Below, one piece after another: positions 46,701 through 55,583 of a DNA stretch of 64,000 bases. Below the pieces are notes generated by a model. The model worked only from the letters and a program-made list of their open reading frames with translations, made no database searches and was not told the origin of the DNA. Position numbers and translations under genes: made by a program. The first letter of the stretch is position 1. Each line of letters begins with the position of its first letter. The stretch spans positions 8,117-72,116 of the IMG/VR virus record IMGVR_UViG_3300041409_000157. One strand, given 5' to 3'. This DNA is from a virus.

Positions 46701-49700
46701 AGCCATTGATGATGGCATTGCTGACACGCAGTATCGCGGCGCGATTTCCGAGGACGCCACCTTCAAGAAGGTTGTCGAGAAGGCGAATGCCCGGCGCGAC
46801 TGGCAGGCGGAACACGACAAGCGCCTCAAGGAGGCTGGTCAGGCGGTGCGCAATGCGGAGGAGAATCTCCTGAACGTCAAGGAGCAGGGCAATAAGAAAT
46901 ACGTCACGGCCCTAAAGCGAGCCAATCTCTACGAGGCGTCGAAACTGAATGCCGCCGACCCAGCCAAGCTGAAGCTGGTCCAGGAGAAGCTCAAGAAGGA
47001 GTGGCTTCCGAAGCGCGATGCTGCTCAAGTTGAGCTGGACAAGGCGAACGCCGATTACAAGGCGGTCGAGGCTGAGGTGATGCCGAAGACTCCTGCTCAG
47101 AGCGCGCCTGCCGTAACGCCTTCTGAACAGGGGCCGTCCCCCTCCAGTCCACTCTCCCTAGGCCAACCCGTCCATGCCGACACCCGCCCCGGCCTATCCC
47201 TGAAGCAGGCCACAGCGGCAATGAACCAGCTTGGCTTTGGCGGGCTGCCGCAGGGCGTGGAGCTAATCCATCGGGCGGACCTTGTGCGCAATGGCAACGA
47301 GGTGCGCGGTTGGTATAACCCGGCCACGCAGAAAATCTGGCTCAACGTCGCCTTCCTGCGCTCCCCGGAGGACATCCGCAGCGTGTTCACCGAGGAGGCG
47401 TGGCACGCTGTCCAGAATGACCCCAAGGTCGAAGCCATCGTGAAACGCCTGCTGGCGAGCCTCACGGAGGAGCAACTTGCCGTGGCGCGGGAGACGTATG
47501 GCCAGAGCGAATCCGATGAGACGGTGCGCTACGAAGCCCTTGCGGACATTCTGGAGCAGGAAACCTTCAGCGCGGAGCAGCGCGGCCTGTGGGCGCAGTT
47601 GTGGACCGCCATCAAGGATGCCGTGGCGAAGGTCTTCGGACTGGTGAACCCAAGCTGGATTCCCGTGGAGACGGATGCGCGGTCGGCGATTGCCCATGCC
47701 TTAAGGATGGCGGAGAGGGGGGTACGGACGAATGTGGGTGCTGGGCCAATCGCCTACTCGGTGGGTGCCCCCGCTGAATCCCTCGCCGTTGGTGCCGCTG
47801 GACAGAGCGTCGCCGCTCAAGGCGAGCAGCTTTACTCTGAACTGGAGCGCGGCACCGCCCCGCTCGCGGAAGCTGCCTACCAGCGGAAGCTGTTTCGGGA
47901 TGCGCAGGCTGAACTCTCCCGACTGGCCCAGCTTGGGGACGGTCGTCTGCGCCAGATGCAAAACGCTCCTGCCTCCGCTCAACCGGTGCCGCTGGAAGGC
48001 GTCGGGGTGGTCGGCTCTCAGGTAGTGGCGGACAGCACGTTCTCCGACAAGCTCACCGCACTACAGGTCCAGCACAACCCGGACAATGTGAAGGCCATGC
48101 AGGAGGCGCTGTTCTTTGAGCGTCACGCCAAGCAGGTCGCCACGGCGCGGGAGCAGCTTGCGCATCAGCGTCAGCAGATCGACCACTACAAGGCCATCAG
48201 CGCACCGGCCAACGACATTGCACGCCTTGAAGCGACCGCCGCCGAGAACGCCCGCAAGCTGGCCGCAGCGGAATCGGTGACCGATGAATCTGGCCAGACG
48301 TCCGGCTCCCGGGCTGACGCCATCCAAGCCGCTGAGGCTGTCCGCACGGACGCGCTGGCCAAGCGTGATGCGCTCCAGCTTGACCCGGTGCAGGAGTTCT
48401 TTGGCACCGGCATCGCCAAACTGCGTGACTTGATGGCTCAGGCACAGGCCGCCGCCAAGCTTATCGACGCCCTGCGCACCAACGAGACTGACCCGGAGAA
48501 GCTGGCTGAACTCACCCGCCAGTTTGAGCGTTACGAGCAGCTTCCGGTCACCGTCCAGAATGCGCTCAAGGCTGGAGTGCTCACCGAGGAACAGCGCGGC
48601 AATGTCATCACCGCCCTTCAGCACTCGTTCCTGCAATTCGATCAGGCGCGGGAGCAGATGAACAATCTCCGGGACAACGAGACGCCGGGTATCCTGAGGG
48701 AGATTGAAGCTGCGCAGCAGAAGTTCGATGCCGCCAAGAACGAACGCCTTGAGGCGGAGTCCGTGGTGGATGCTGCGCTGCGGGCCGTGAAGGGTGATCC
48801 CGCACTGGCCTCCTCCGTCACGACCGCTGCTGATGTGGACTCCCTGCTCGCCAGCACCGCAGCGATTGCAGGCATGGCCCAACGCCTGGGCGAGAACCTG
48901 GAGCAGAACCGCTGGCTCTACGACTACCTGAATGGGTGGAGAACCACGCCGGGACCGCTGGTGTTCTCCAACATGAACGCCTCCGCGCTGGGAATCAGCG
49001 AGGATGTCCTGCGGGAGGTGGCCCGTGTGGCTGGGCAGTCGCCGCAGTTCGGTTCAGCCATTGTGGCGCTGGCGGATTATGCCGCAGCGAAACGGGCGCA
49101 GAGCCTACCGATTCAACTTCAAAAAATCGCGGCCACAGCGCAGACGAATCCCCAGCAGGCCGCTGCCATGGCGCGCTCACTGTCGAATCAGGTGACGCAG
49201 CGTGTGGCAGGGGCCACCGGGACGCAGGGCCAGCAGTCGGCCAAGATCAATTCCCTGCTCCAACGCCTGCTGGCACTCAACTACGGGGCGAACCTGTTCA
49301 ACCAGACGGCCACCAATCCCCAGCTTGTCGCTCTCCAGCAGCAGCTCGCGCAGGCGAATGCCGGGGTGCGCGAGCAGATGTGGCTCCAGAGCGCCAACAG
49401 TCAGACGTATGTTGGCTTCGGAGAAGCTGGCAAGACGCCAACTCATGCGCAGGTGACGGTGGATACCGCTGCGGACCCGGCCATGAAGGTGCAGACCCAG
49501 CAGAAGATCCAGCGATGGGTCAATGCCGGGCACGACTACATCCAGCAGTATCAGAAGCTCGCTGCCCTCCACACACTGGACCCGGCGAACAACCCGACGC
49601 CGGAATCGCTTGGATTCGACGGGAAGATTGCCCGTGGACTTGCCGTCGATCTTGGCCGCATTGAGGCTTCCGCGCTGGACCCGGCTCCCGAAGCCAGTCG

Positions 49701-52700
49701 GAACAAGACGCCTTGGGCAGTCCGCAAGGCGCTCATGTGGTCGTGGTTCCGGCAGCACGACATGGTGGCGCGCATGATCGGCGGAGCCTCTGGCACCGAC
49801 CTGCGGGTGAAGTTGGGCGGATGGGTGAAGGGCTACCTGAACGCACGGCGCATCGCCGCCCGCTTTGAGGACATCACGGAACTGACTGCTGCGGCGGTGA
49901 AGTCGCACTCCGCTCAAGGCATCGGCATGAGCCTCCCCAATTACCGGGAGCAGGTGTGGAACCCGATGGCTCATGCAGGCCGCGAATACGGATCACTCGT
50001 GAAGACCGGCTACACGCTGCCCATCTCTGGCCAGACGATCACGGCGGAGGACATCGCGCTGCTCAAGCGCAGCAATGCTTTCGAGGAGGCGCTGCGCCGG
50101 GAAGTCACCGAGGCGAATCAGGAGGGCGGCGTGCGGTTCGCGCTGGGTGGTCGAAACTTTGTGCGCCCCGGCGGATACGTCGGGGACTTCTCCACCCCCC
50201 GCCACCTCAACAACCAGTCGAAGCAGTTCATCTCCGCCATCGGCACCGCCTACGAAGGTGGCCAGAAGTTCGACGCCTCGACCGACCTTTCGACTGCCAG
50301 CTCCAATCCGGTAGTCCAGTTCTGGAACAACCGGCCAGACATGCTGGTGCAGCACGTCTTGGACAGTGGCCGCACTGACCGGGTGATGAAGCTCGACCCA
50401 CTGATGCAGCAGGCGGAAAAGGCGCTGGCTTCAATGTGGAACTCCGGGACTCCAGTGGCGGTAAACAGCTTGGAGGATCTCGTCGCCCAGCTTGCGCCGC
50501 ACCTTCCTGCCAACACTGGTGTCTCGCCCTATACCTACGCGGCGAATCATCTGAATGGCGAGCTTGCTCAGTATGCCAAGAACGCGGCAGTCCTGAGCGA
50601 TGAGCAGAAGCAGGACCGCACTAGCGGACTGACCATCGCCCTCTCGGCGGACAACGATTTCACCAAACCTGCGGCGGAACTGAAGCTTCCGACTGCGCTC
50701 TACGATTACGGGGCGCTCACCACCGGGGAGCGCATCTCCGCTCAATCCCGCGCCAACCATGAGCGACTGGTCGAGTATGCGAACTCCCTGCGCCGGGCCA
50801 TCGCTGACCTGAACAACCGGCTGAGCTCGTTCAACCGCCAGAAGATCACCGCTGCGGAGGCCGCTTCGGAATACGGTGGGGACATCTCAGAGCTGAAGGA
50901 CGCCATCCAAATCCTGACGTCCGTGCTGAAGGACTTTGAAGCTGGCTACTCAATGGGTGACCCCGCGCTCTCTCCTTCCCGCATCGCCAGTGAAGTCGCT
51001 AAGTGGCCCGTGGCGGGAGTGCTCGCCCTTCCGACCGTCTCGCTGCGTAACCTCACGCAAGGTCAGCTCGTGGTGTATCTCATGGAACGGGCCATGGGCT
51101 ACTCCGGGGCCAAGATGGCCATGTGGAATGCCTTGAGGAACATGCCTAAGGCGCTCGCCCGGACGGCCTATACGGTCGCCAACGGCATCGCTAAGCGCGT
51201 GGACTCAGACATCCTCCGCGCCCCCTCCAAGCCGCTGGAGAAGGTTGTGGACATCATGTCCGCGCTGGTGCTGTCTCCGCTTCAAGGAAGCGTGTTCAAC
51301 CCGTCAGCGGTGCGGGCTGAACTGGCGGCCGTCAGCAACCTCGGCTACGACACCCGCTCGGGCTTCCGTGATGCCCTGCGCCAGATTATCGCCGACACGT
51401 CCGTCTATAGCACCCGTGAAGAGGCCGAGTTCGCCCAGTCCAATCCCAAGCTGGCGGCACTGCGTCGGGCGGCTCTCGTTGGAGCGAAGACCGTCAACGC
51501 GCTGCTCGGCAAGATCGGCGTCGAGAACTCCGATCAGGTGCTCAACTCCCTGAACCTCTCCGCTGCGGCAGCCATGGAGGCGCGGCTTGGACAGGTGGCA
51601 CAGAAGTTCGGTGCCCGGCTGGCAGCGGCAGGAATCACCTCGATTGACCCCTCCAATCCAGCCACGGCTCTGACCCCATCTGAATGGGGAGCCTTCAAGA
51701 ACGCCCAAGCTGCGGCCGATTCTCTCGGCCAGATTCGACTGTTCCTTGAGGGGGCCGCAGGAACGGAAGGTTTCCAGTTGGAGCGCGCCCTCCTGAAATA
51801 CTATCAGGACACACAGGCCGGGCGTCCGGCGCGGGTGTTCACGCCTGACCAGTTCACCGCCGTGCAGCGCAGCTTGCTGGCACAGATGAACACGTCACTT
51901 CCGACCAACCGCTCCAGCGGTGCGCCGGGAAGCCGGGTGCTACGGCACATCCTCTCGCTCCAAGGCTACCCCTCAGACGCCTTCCTGAAGCTCCTGAGTG
52001 TTTCGCTGGGGGGAACTCGTGATCGCAAGCTGGCGGCCACGCTGGGGGCCAAGCTTCCGCTCATGGTGGGCATTGCCGTCATGGCGGTGCTGGCAGGAGC
52101 GGCGGCGGATGGAGCTTCCGAGCTGTGGAAGCGCAAGGCTCAAGGCGTCCAGTCCGCTCAGTCAGGTGTGCTGGACAGCGACTTCTGGACGAACTCGGAC
52201 AAGCTGGTCGGTGGGGCGGGAAGGTTCCTTGCGAGCAACCTGTTCTACCTCGGGGATGCCATCCTCGGGATGCAGAACCAGATCCAAGGCAACCGGGGAT
52301 TCGATCCAGCTGGGCGTGTGTTCTGGATTTCACTGGTGCAAGCCTTCTCGAATGCGCTCAACACATCATGGCAGACGTCCAAGATCGGAACGCCATCCGA
52401 CGTTGCGCAACCCTTCATCGACTTCGCCTCACGCATCACCCCGGGAGCGACCGAGCTTCGTCGCGTGTTCGGTGATGACCGACAGTTGACCGTCACGAAG
52501 CAGATCACCGCTGCCGAAGCCCGTGCCGCTGGCATTGAGGTTCCTCGCCATGGTGGCGTTCCGTCCTCTGGCCCAACCACCATTGTGCGCCGCAACCTCG
52601 CCTCCGCTGTTGGCGCAATGGCCGCTGCGCAGAAGTCTGGCGACACTGAGGCGTATGCAAAGGCTGAAGCGGATGCGCGGGCGCAGATCGCTAAGCTAGA

Positions 52701-53232
52701 GGGCTACTACACCAAGCAGCGCATGGATCTGGGTGACGATGAGGCCACCGCCAAGAAGAAGGCCCAGCAGGCCGTCTGGCGCGACTACCAGGAGATCAAT
52801 CCCGTCGTGGCGGCATTCGGCGGTCGCCGCCCCACCGCCGCCGAAGTGCAGCAGGTCACTACCAGCGCCACCGGCCAGCGCCTTGAAGCGCAGCAGGAAG
52901 GCATCGCCGCTTGGAAAGCAGGCGCGCAGGCTCTCTTCGGTCAGGTTGGAAGCATTTCCAAAGAAGACGTCGCCGCGAACCGCAGCGGAGGCGGTGGCCC
53001 CGCCGTCTCCAGCGGAGGCGCCCGCCTTGCGGCAACCGGCGGGGGAGGTGTCGGGCGCGTCTCCTCCGGCCGGAGCCTTGGCCGCATCTCCATGACAGGT
53101 GGGCGCGGGATTGCCCGGGCGAAAGGCCCGCGCCTGAGCCTCACCGGCACGCGCCTCCCGAAGTTCAGCTCTGGACTGCGTGCGCCAAGGGTGAAGACCG
53201 TGCGGCTAAAACGCATTGCGATTACGGCTTGA
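43792..53232 (+). CDS. Giant putative ejection / polyvalent protein (~3146 aa)
   Basis: N-terminal VEFPD motif, Ala/Gly-rich hydrophobic region, zincin-like RGWY...IWLN...EEAWH segment, basic C-terminal tail, no Cys. Confidence 0.7.
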   Translation: MPQIVAVTGVGNVEFPDDYSHDQIKEILDRDYGLPYQRKERIAIGREAAAQPEISPTLEALKQTPYSDTARDLTKGLIGVPEMAVGLADLVSGGYAGKAAEAAGFTPRKWKMDLDASQSPERQAAQQKVFEAKGFVPTVQAMVENPSTILGSAVESAPSMVAGGLVGKLGLAAVSKLGHKAAAWAAGVPAAAVAGGVGEGVVTAGQQAEQIRQETEDKLLNWQQVALALGSGVATGTIGALSGKLAARLGIPKFETAIAHGGWTNPGVKKSLTERIAKGIGGMVTEGLLEELPQSTQEAIAQNIALGKPWDEGVAEQAAQGFVTGAAMGGVAGGFGGGHGSAPATNIQPAPSPQPTPTPAPAPAAAPQPAPPALRPAAPVPAPPLPALSGQVLNTPIQNWQASPGAPHTLAQSPDAFGVGNQVVKLSQAGGGFGSIGTVTAVTGPQVDGNPNPTVTVKFPDGSTRVSGFKEYGFAENFNEAQQQVAAAQGKPFEPGWQAPAPRITPTPLPEKTGSKRVAPLTTSEQLVERISAARAAGDTETARRLAAELDFLGNPPRSVKDIESDLNKAAKPSAAITKARNVFLDPSSTPDQKAAARATMESEKLVQDRKIDALKEELKAHSDEALFNSLDRFLQLELSPKYREDDDKWFAANYSSRDDRGNRNAAAEILVERGFVERGVAEANARIKAETVRPEAAMEARPQAPLGIQREAVVSPEVAAAARAAVGYNPKVPVVQRTEGAREALSGARKTDVSNPALMTPDEYKYHLIRTEGHQSFPKDLREQKAQGEFHKYYLVEAFKQHAPVSARAADRYFWKGTFSEGGPQLPPGYIRSGETYVYAPQNVPLESRLPVQPEGNDALGKTQPVPSIGSGLQNPAGGAAEGAQGEAAKGDVILARTAPKERADINNGTRVTEFRVRKVTPQEQNANWELYGQKPWVVERRTVSADLDTGTVENGEWSPFAQGESRTQAIDDGIADTQYRGAISEDATFKKVVEKANARRDWQAEHDKRLKEAGQAVRNAEENLLNVKEQGNKKYVTALKRANLYEASKLNAADPAKLKLVQEKLKKEWLPKRDAAQVELDKANADYKAVEAEVMPKTPAQSAPAVTPSEQGPSPSSPLSLGQPVHADTRPGLSLKQATAAMNQLGFGGLPQGVELIHRADLVRNGNEVRGWYNPATQKIWLNVAFLRSPEDIRSVFTEEAWHAVQNDPKVEAIVKRLLASLTEEQLAVARETYGQSESDETVRYEALADILEQETFSAEQRGLWAQLWTAIKDAVAKVFGLVNPSWIPVETDARSAIAHALRMAERGVRTNVGAGPIAYSVGAPAESLAVGAAGQSVAAQGEQLYSELERGTAPLAEAAYQRKLFRDAQAELSRLAQLGDGRLRQMQNAPASAQPVPLEGVGVVGSQVVADSTFSDKLTALQVQHNPDNVKAMQEALFFERHAKQVATAREQLAHQRQQIDHYKAISAPANDIARLEATAAENARKLAAAESVTDESGQTSGSRADAIQAAEAVRTDALAKRDALQLDPVQEFFGTGIAKLRDLMAQAQAAAKLIDALRTNETDPEKLAELTRQFERYEQLPVTVQNALKAGVLTEEQRGNVITALQHSFLQFDQAREQMNNLRDNETPGILREIEAAQQKFDAAKNERLEAESVVDAALRAVKGDPALASSVTTAADVDSLLASTAAIAGMAQRLGENLEQNRWLYDYLNGWRTTPGPLVFSNMNASALGISEDVLREVARVAGQSPQFGSAIVALADYAAAKRAQSLPIQLQKIAATAQTNPQQAAAMARSLSNQVTQRVAGATGTQGQQSAKINSLLQRLLALNYGANLFNQTATNPQLVALQQQLAQANAGVREQMWLQSANSQTYVGFGEAGKTPTHAQVTVDTAADPAMKVQTQQKIQRWVNAGHDYIQQYQKLAALHTLDPANNPTPESLGFDGKIARGLAVDLGRIEASALDPAPEASRNKTPWAVRKALMWSWFRQHDMVARMIGGASGTDLRVKLGGWVKGYLNARRIAARFEDITELTAAAVKSHSAQGIGMSLPNYREQVWNPMAHAGREYGSLVKTGYTLPISGQTITAEDIALLKRSNAFEEALRREVTEANQEGGVRFALGGRNFVRPGGYVGDFSTPRHLNNQSKQFISAIGTAYEGGQKFDASTDLSTASSNPVVQFWNNRPDMLVQHVLDSGRTDRVMKLDPLMQQAEKALASMWNSGTPVAVNSLEDLVAQLAPHLPANTGVSPYTYAANHLNGELAQYAKNAAVLSDEQKQDRTSGLTIALSADNDFTKPAAELKLPTALYDYGALTTGERISAQSRANHERLVEYANSLRRAIADLNNRLSSFNRQKITAAEAASEYGGDISELKDAIQILTSVLKDFEAGYSMGDPALSPSRIASEVAKWPVAGVLALPTVSLRNLTQGQLVVYLMERAMGYSGAKMAMWNALRNMPKALARTAYTVANGIAKRVDSDILRAPSKPLEKVVDIMSALVLSPLQGSVFNPSAVRAELAAVSNLGYDTRSGFRDALRQIIADTSVYSTREEAEFAQSNPKLAALRRAALVGAKTVNALLGKIGVENSDQVLNSLNLSAAAAMEARLGQVAQKFGARLAAAGITSIDPSNPATALTPSEWGAFKNAQAAADSLGQIRLFLEGAAGTEGFQLERALLKYYQDTQAGRPARVFTPDQFTAVQRSLLAQMNTSLPTNRSSGAPGSRVLRHILSLQGYPSDAFLKLLSVSLGGTRDRKLAATLGAKLPLMVGIAVMAVLAGAAADGASELWKRKAQGVQSAQSGVLDSDFWTNSDKLVGGAGRFLASNLFYLGDAILGMQNQIQGNRGFDPAGRVFWISLVQAFSNALNTSWQTSKIGTPSDVAQPFIDFASRITPGATELRRVFGDDRQLTVTKQITAAEARAAGIEVPRHGGVPSSGPTTIVRRNLASAVGAMAAAQKSGDTEAYAKAEADARAQIAKLEGYYTKQRMDLGDDEATAKKKAQQAVWRDYQEINPVVAAFGGRRPTAAEVQQVTTSATGQRLEAQQEGIAAWKAGAQALFGQVGSISKEDVAANRSGGGGPAVSSGGARLAATGGGGVGRVSSGRSLGRISMTGGRGIARAKGPRLSLTGTRLPKFSSGLRAPRVKTVRLKRIAITA

Positions 53233-53263
53233 CTGTTCGCCAGATGTGGCGGATAGATAGCGC

Positions 53264-53587
53264 ATGAAATTTTCAGATACGCCACCAACTAAGCCGGGTG
53301 CTTACTGGTGGAAATCTTCAGTTCGATCACTGCATCAGCTTGTCGAGTTGAATTCCAACGGTTGGTTTATGATGACTTTTGGAATGGTTAGCCCGTCTGA
53401 AATCAAATCGAGATGTGGGGGATTTTGGTCCAATCGTCTCATTCCTGCTGAAGAAGTGGAAAATGCTTATCGAGAGGGCGAACATATGGGGTGGGTGAAG
53501 TATTCTGAATCCAGCGATGGCCGGGAGCGTTCAAAAGATTATAGCGAAAGCCGAGCCATGCGAGTTATGGAAGGAACGGAATCATGA
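53264..53587 (+). CDS. Hypothetical protein
   Basis: PTKPGAYW motif; low GC. Confidence 0.6.
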   Translation: MKFSDTPPTKPGAYWWKSSVRSLHQLVELNSNGWFMMTFGMVSPSEIKSRCGGFWSNRLIPAEEVENAYREGEHMGWVKYSESSDGRERSKDYSESRAMRVMEGTES

Positions 53588-53958
53588 GCAGCTTCTTCGA
53601 CCCAAACAACAAGAACGGCGAGAACCAGCTTCGCCGCATGGCGGAGTCCCTCCCGAGCATGGTGAAGGAGCAGGCCCGTGGCCGCTCCCATCGGAATGGC
53701 CATGAGAAACCCTTCACCCGCTTCTGCCCCATCTGCTCACTGGCCTATGCCCGCAGCAAGGTGTTCTCCACGGCAGAGGCCAAGGCGGGCGTCTGCGAGG
53801 GTTGCCGGAAGCGGTTGCTCGACGGCGAGACTGCGCTCGTGACCATCTCCAAGCGGTATGCCTTTGTGAAAGGCGGCGGGGCTCCGGCAGGAAAAATCAT
53901 CAACATCACCGAGGAGGAAATGGATGCGGTGAAGAAACGCTTTGAGGGGGAGGCGTGA
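53584..53958 (+). CDS. Zn-finger hypothetical protein
   Basis: CPIC...CEGC; coupled. Confidence 0.65.
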   Translation: MSSFFDPNNKNGENQLRRMAESLPSMVKEQARGRSHRNGHEKPFTRFCPICSLAYARSKVFSTAEAKAGVCEGCRKRLLDGETALVTISKRYAFVKGGGAPAGKIINITEEEMDAVKKRFEGEA

Positions 53959-54365
53959 CACCGGAAGCTCAGAGGATTTCTTTAGCTGAAGCGTGCGGGT
54001 GGCAGCATCGCATGGCCACGCATGACGAGCCTGTGGAGCAAGGAGGATTCAGGCTTCCGAATTGGCAATCAAGGCCAATAGAAGCTTGGTGGATGGTGGG
54101 GCATCCGACATTTACGGGGGTTTACATCAGCCCTCCAGATTACCTGCGTGACCTCAATGCCGTGCATGAAGCCGAGAAGGTTCTAACTCCAAAGCAGGAG
54201 GGGCTTTACGTGCGTCTTCTCTCTGAGAAAATCATGGAAGAGGCTTACGAAGACGAGGAGCGCTATCAGAAAAGCCACTTATCATCCGCCGATCAAATCT
54301 ACAGGTGCTCATCAAAGCAGCGTCTTGAATCGTTGGTGCGCGCGCTTGGAAAGTGGACCAAATGA
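53955..54365 (+). CDS. Hypothetical protein, paralogue of 23798-24067
   Basis: MTPEAQRI..AE.CGW and PDY...L.A.HEAE shared. Confidence 0.7.
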   Translation: MTPEAQRISLAEACGWQHRMATHDEPVEQGGFRLPNWQSRPIEAWWMVGHPTFTGVYISPPDYLRDLNAVHEAEKVLTPKQEGLYVRLLSEKIMEEAYEDEERYQKSHLSSADQIYRCSSKQRLESLVRALGKWTK

Positions 54366-54799
54366 GCGAATCCCCATTCAATAAAATGGGCAGCGTTACG
54401 GACTGCAAACCATGCCTGATGACGCCTGAAGAGATTGAGCGGTGGGCATTTAAGTGTCCCCTCTTCAGCCATACCGAGAAGATTCCCCCCTTCATGTGCA
54501 TGGCCATTGCGTATCGCCACAGCGACCGGCCGCAGATCCAGCAGCGGAGCGGCCTCTCCAAGCGCACCGTGGAACGGCTCTGCAACCGCATCTCCTGGGC
54601 GGGTGTCAGCATGGACACCGCCAGCGCCTTTGCCAGCGGATGCTGCGTGGACCTCCTGAATCAGGAGGCTGCGCTGAGATACGTCAAGCGGACCATGCAG
54701 GCGAAGAATCCTTTTCCAGGCCTCAAGGGGAAGCGCCGCTGGTCGTTCAACCGGAACTTGAAGCGGTTTCTGGAGGGTAAGTCACATGGAACAGTCTGA
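54362..54799 (+). CDS. HTH-containing protein
   Basis: PQIQQRSGLSKRTVERL. Confidence 0.55.
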   Translation: MSESPFNKMGSVTDCKPCLMTPEEIERWAFKCPLFSHTEKIPPFMCMAIAYRHSDRPQIQQRSGLSKRTVERLCNRISWAGVSMDTASAFASGCCVDLLNQEAALRYVKRTMQAKNPFPGLKGKRRWSFNRNLKRFLEGKSHGTV

Positions 54800-55583
54800 A
54801 ATTACAAAACGCAGGAAGCCAGTTGCACGAGAAATAATTATGGCTCGTGCGGCGAAATCATCTGCCACAAAGCTGGCTAAAAGAATCACAAAAACCTGCC
54901 TTAAATGCGGTAAGGATTGGAAGGAGAAGCCGAGTCACTCGCAACGGAAATACTGCTCCTCAGAATGCGCTGGAAATAAGATTAAAAACCCATGCTCTGA
55001 AAGATCGTGCGTGCAGTGTGGATCAATGTTCATATCTACATGGAAAACTCGAAAGAAGATCACATGCTCGCCGAATTGTGCGCGCTTAAGGCAGGCGGAA
55101 ACGATGAAGGAATTGGGTCATACACCAATAAAATGCAGAGATAAAGTGAAATGGCTAGCTGCTATTCAATCTGAGTCCCATCGCATGGCGATGAGCAAAA
55201 TCAATACCGGAAAGGTCAGAACCACTCCCAAGACTAAACGACATAGTCCGCAACATTTTCGCGCTGTTGAATGCTTCCTAAGAGATTCTTTCAATGTGGT
55301 TCACCACGTTCGTAACATCAATAGATTCGTCCATAATAACCCGCACTTATTCCCATCTGAAACCCTTAATTGGCATCCGACAAAACGGAGCAATTCTACG
55401 TTATGTTGCAATGCAGCAATGGGGCTGGCATCTGTTGCGAGCGGTCGAAGAATGACTTGGCGTGGATGGCAGGTGGTAAGTAACCGTGAAGGTCGAGAGC
55501 GTTTTGACCTGATAGGCCGAAACCGAATTGAATTAGCTACGCCTGCAACACCCGCGCCGCCAGCTCAATCCGGCCCATCGTAA
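54786..55583 (+). CDS. Zn-finger basic protein, homing-endonuclease-associated type
   Basis: Two CxxCG...CSxxC repeats and a NUMOD-like segment; low GC; no clear HNH core. Confidence 0.55.
   Translation: MEQSEITKRRKPVAREIIMARAAKSSATKLAKRITKTCLKCGKDWKEKPSHSQRKYCSSECAGNKIKNPCSERSCVQCGSMFISTWKTRKKITCSPNCARLRQAETMKELGHTPIKCRDKVKWLAAIQSESHRMAMSKINTGKVRTTPKTKRHSPQHFRAVECFLRDSFNVVHHVRNINRFVHNNPHLFPSETLNWHPTKRSNSTLCCNAAMGLASVASGRRMTWRGWQVVSNREGRERFDLIGRNRIELATPATPAPPAQSGPS

Noticed and set aside
54786-55583. Intron or intein associated with the endonuclease-like gene
   Set aside because: Flanking genes appear intact and no splicing motifs were recognised.
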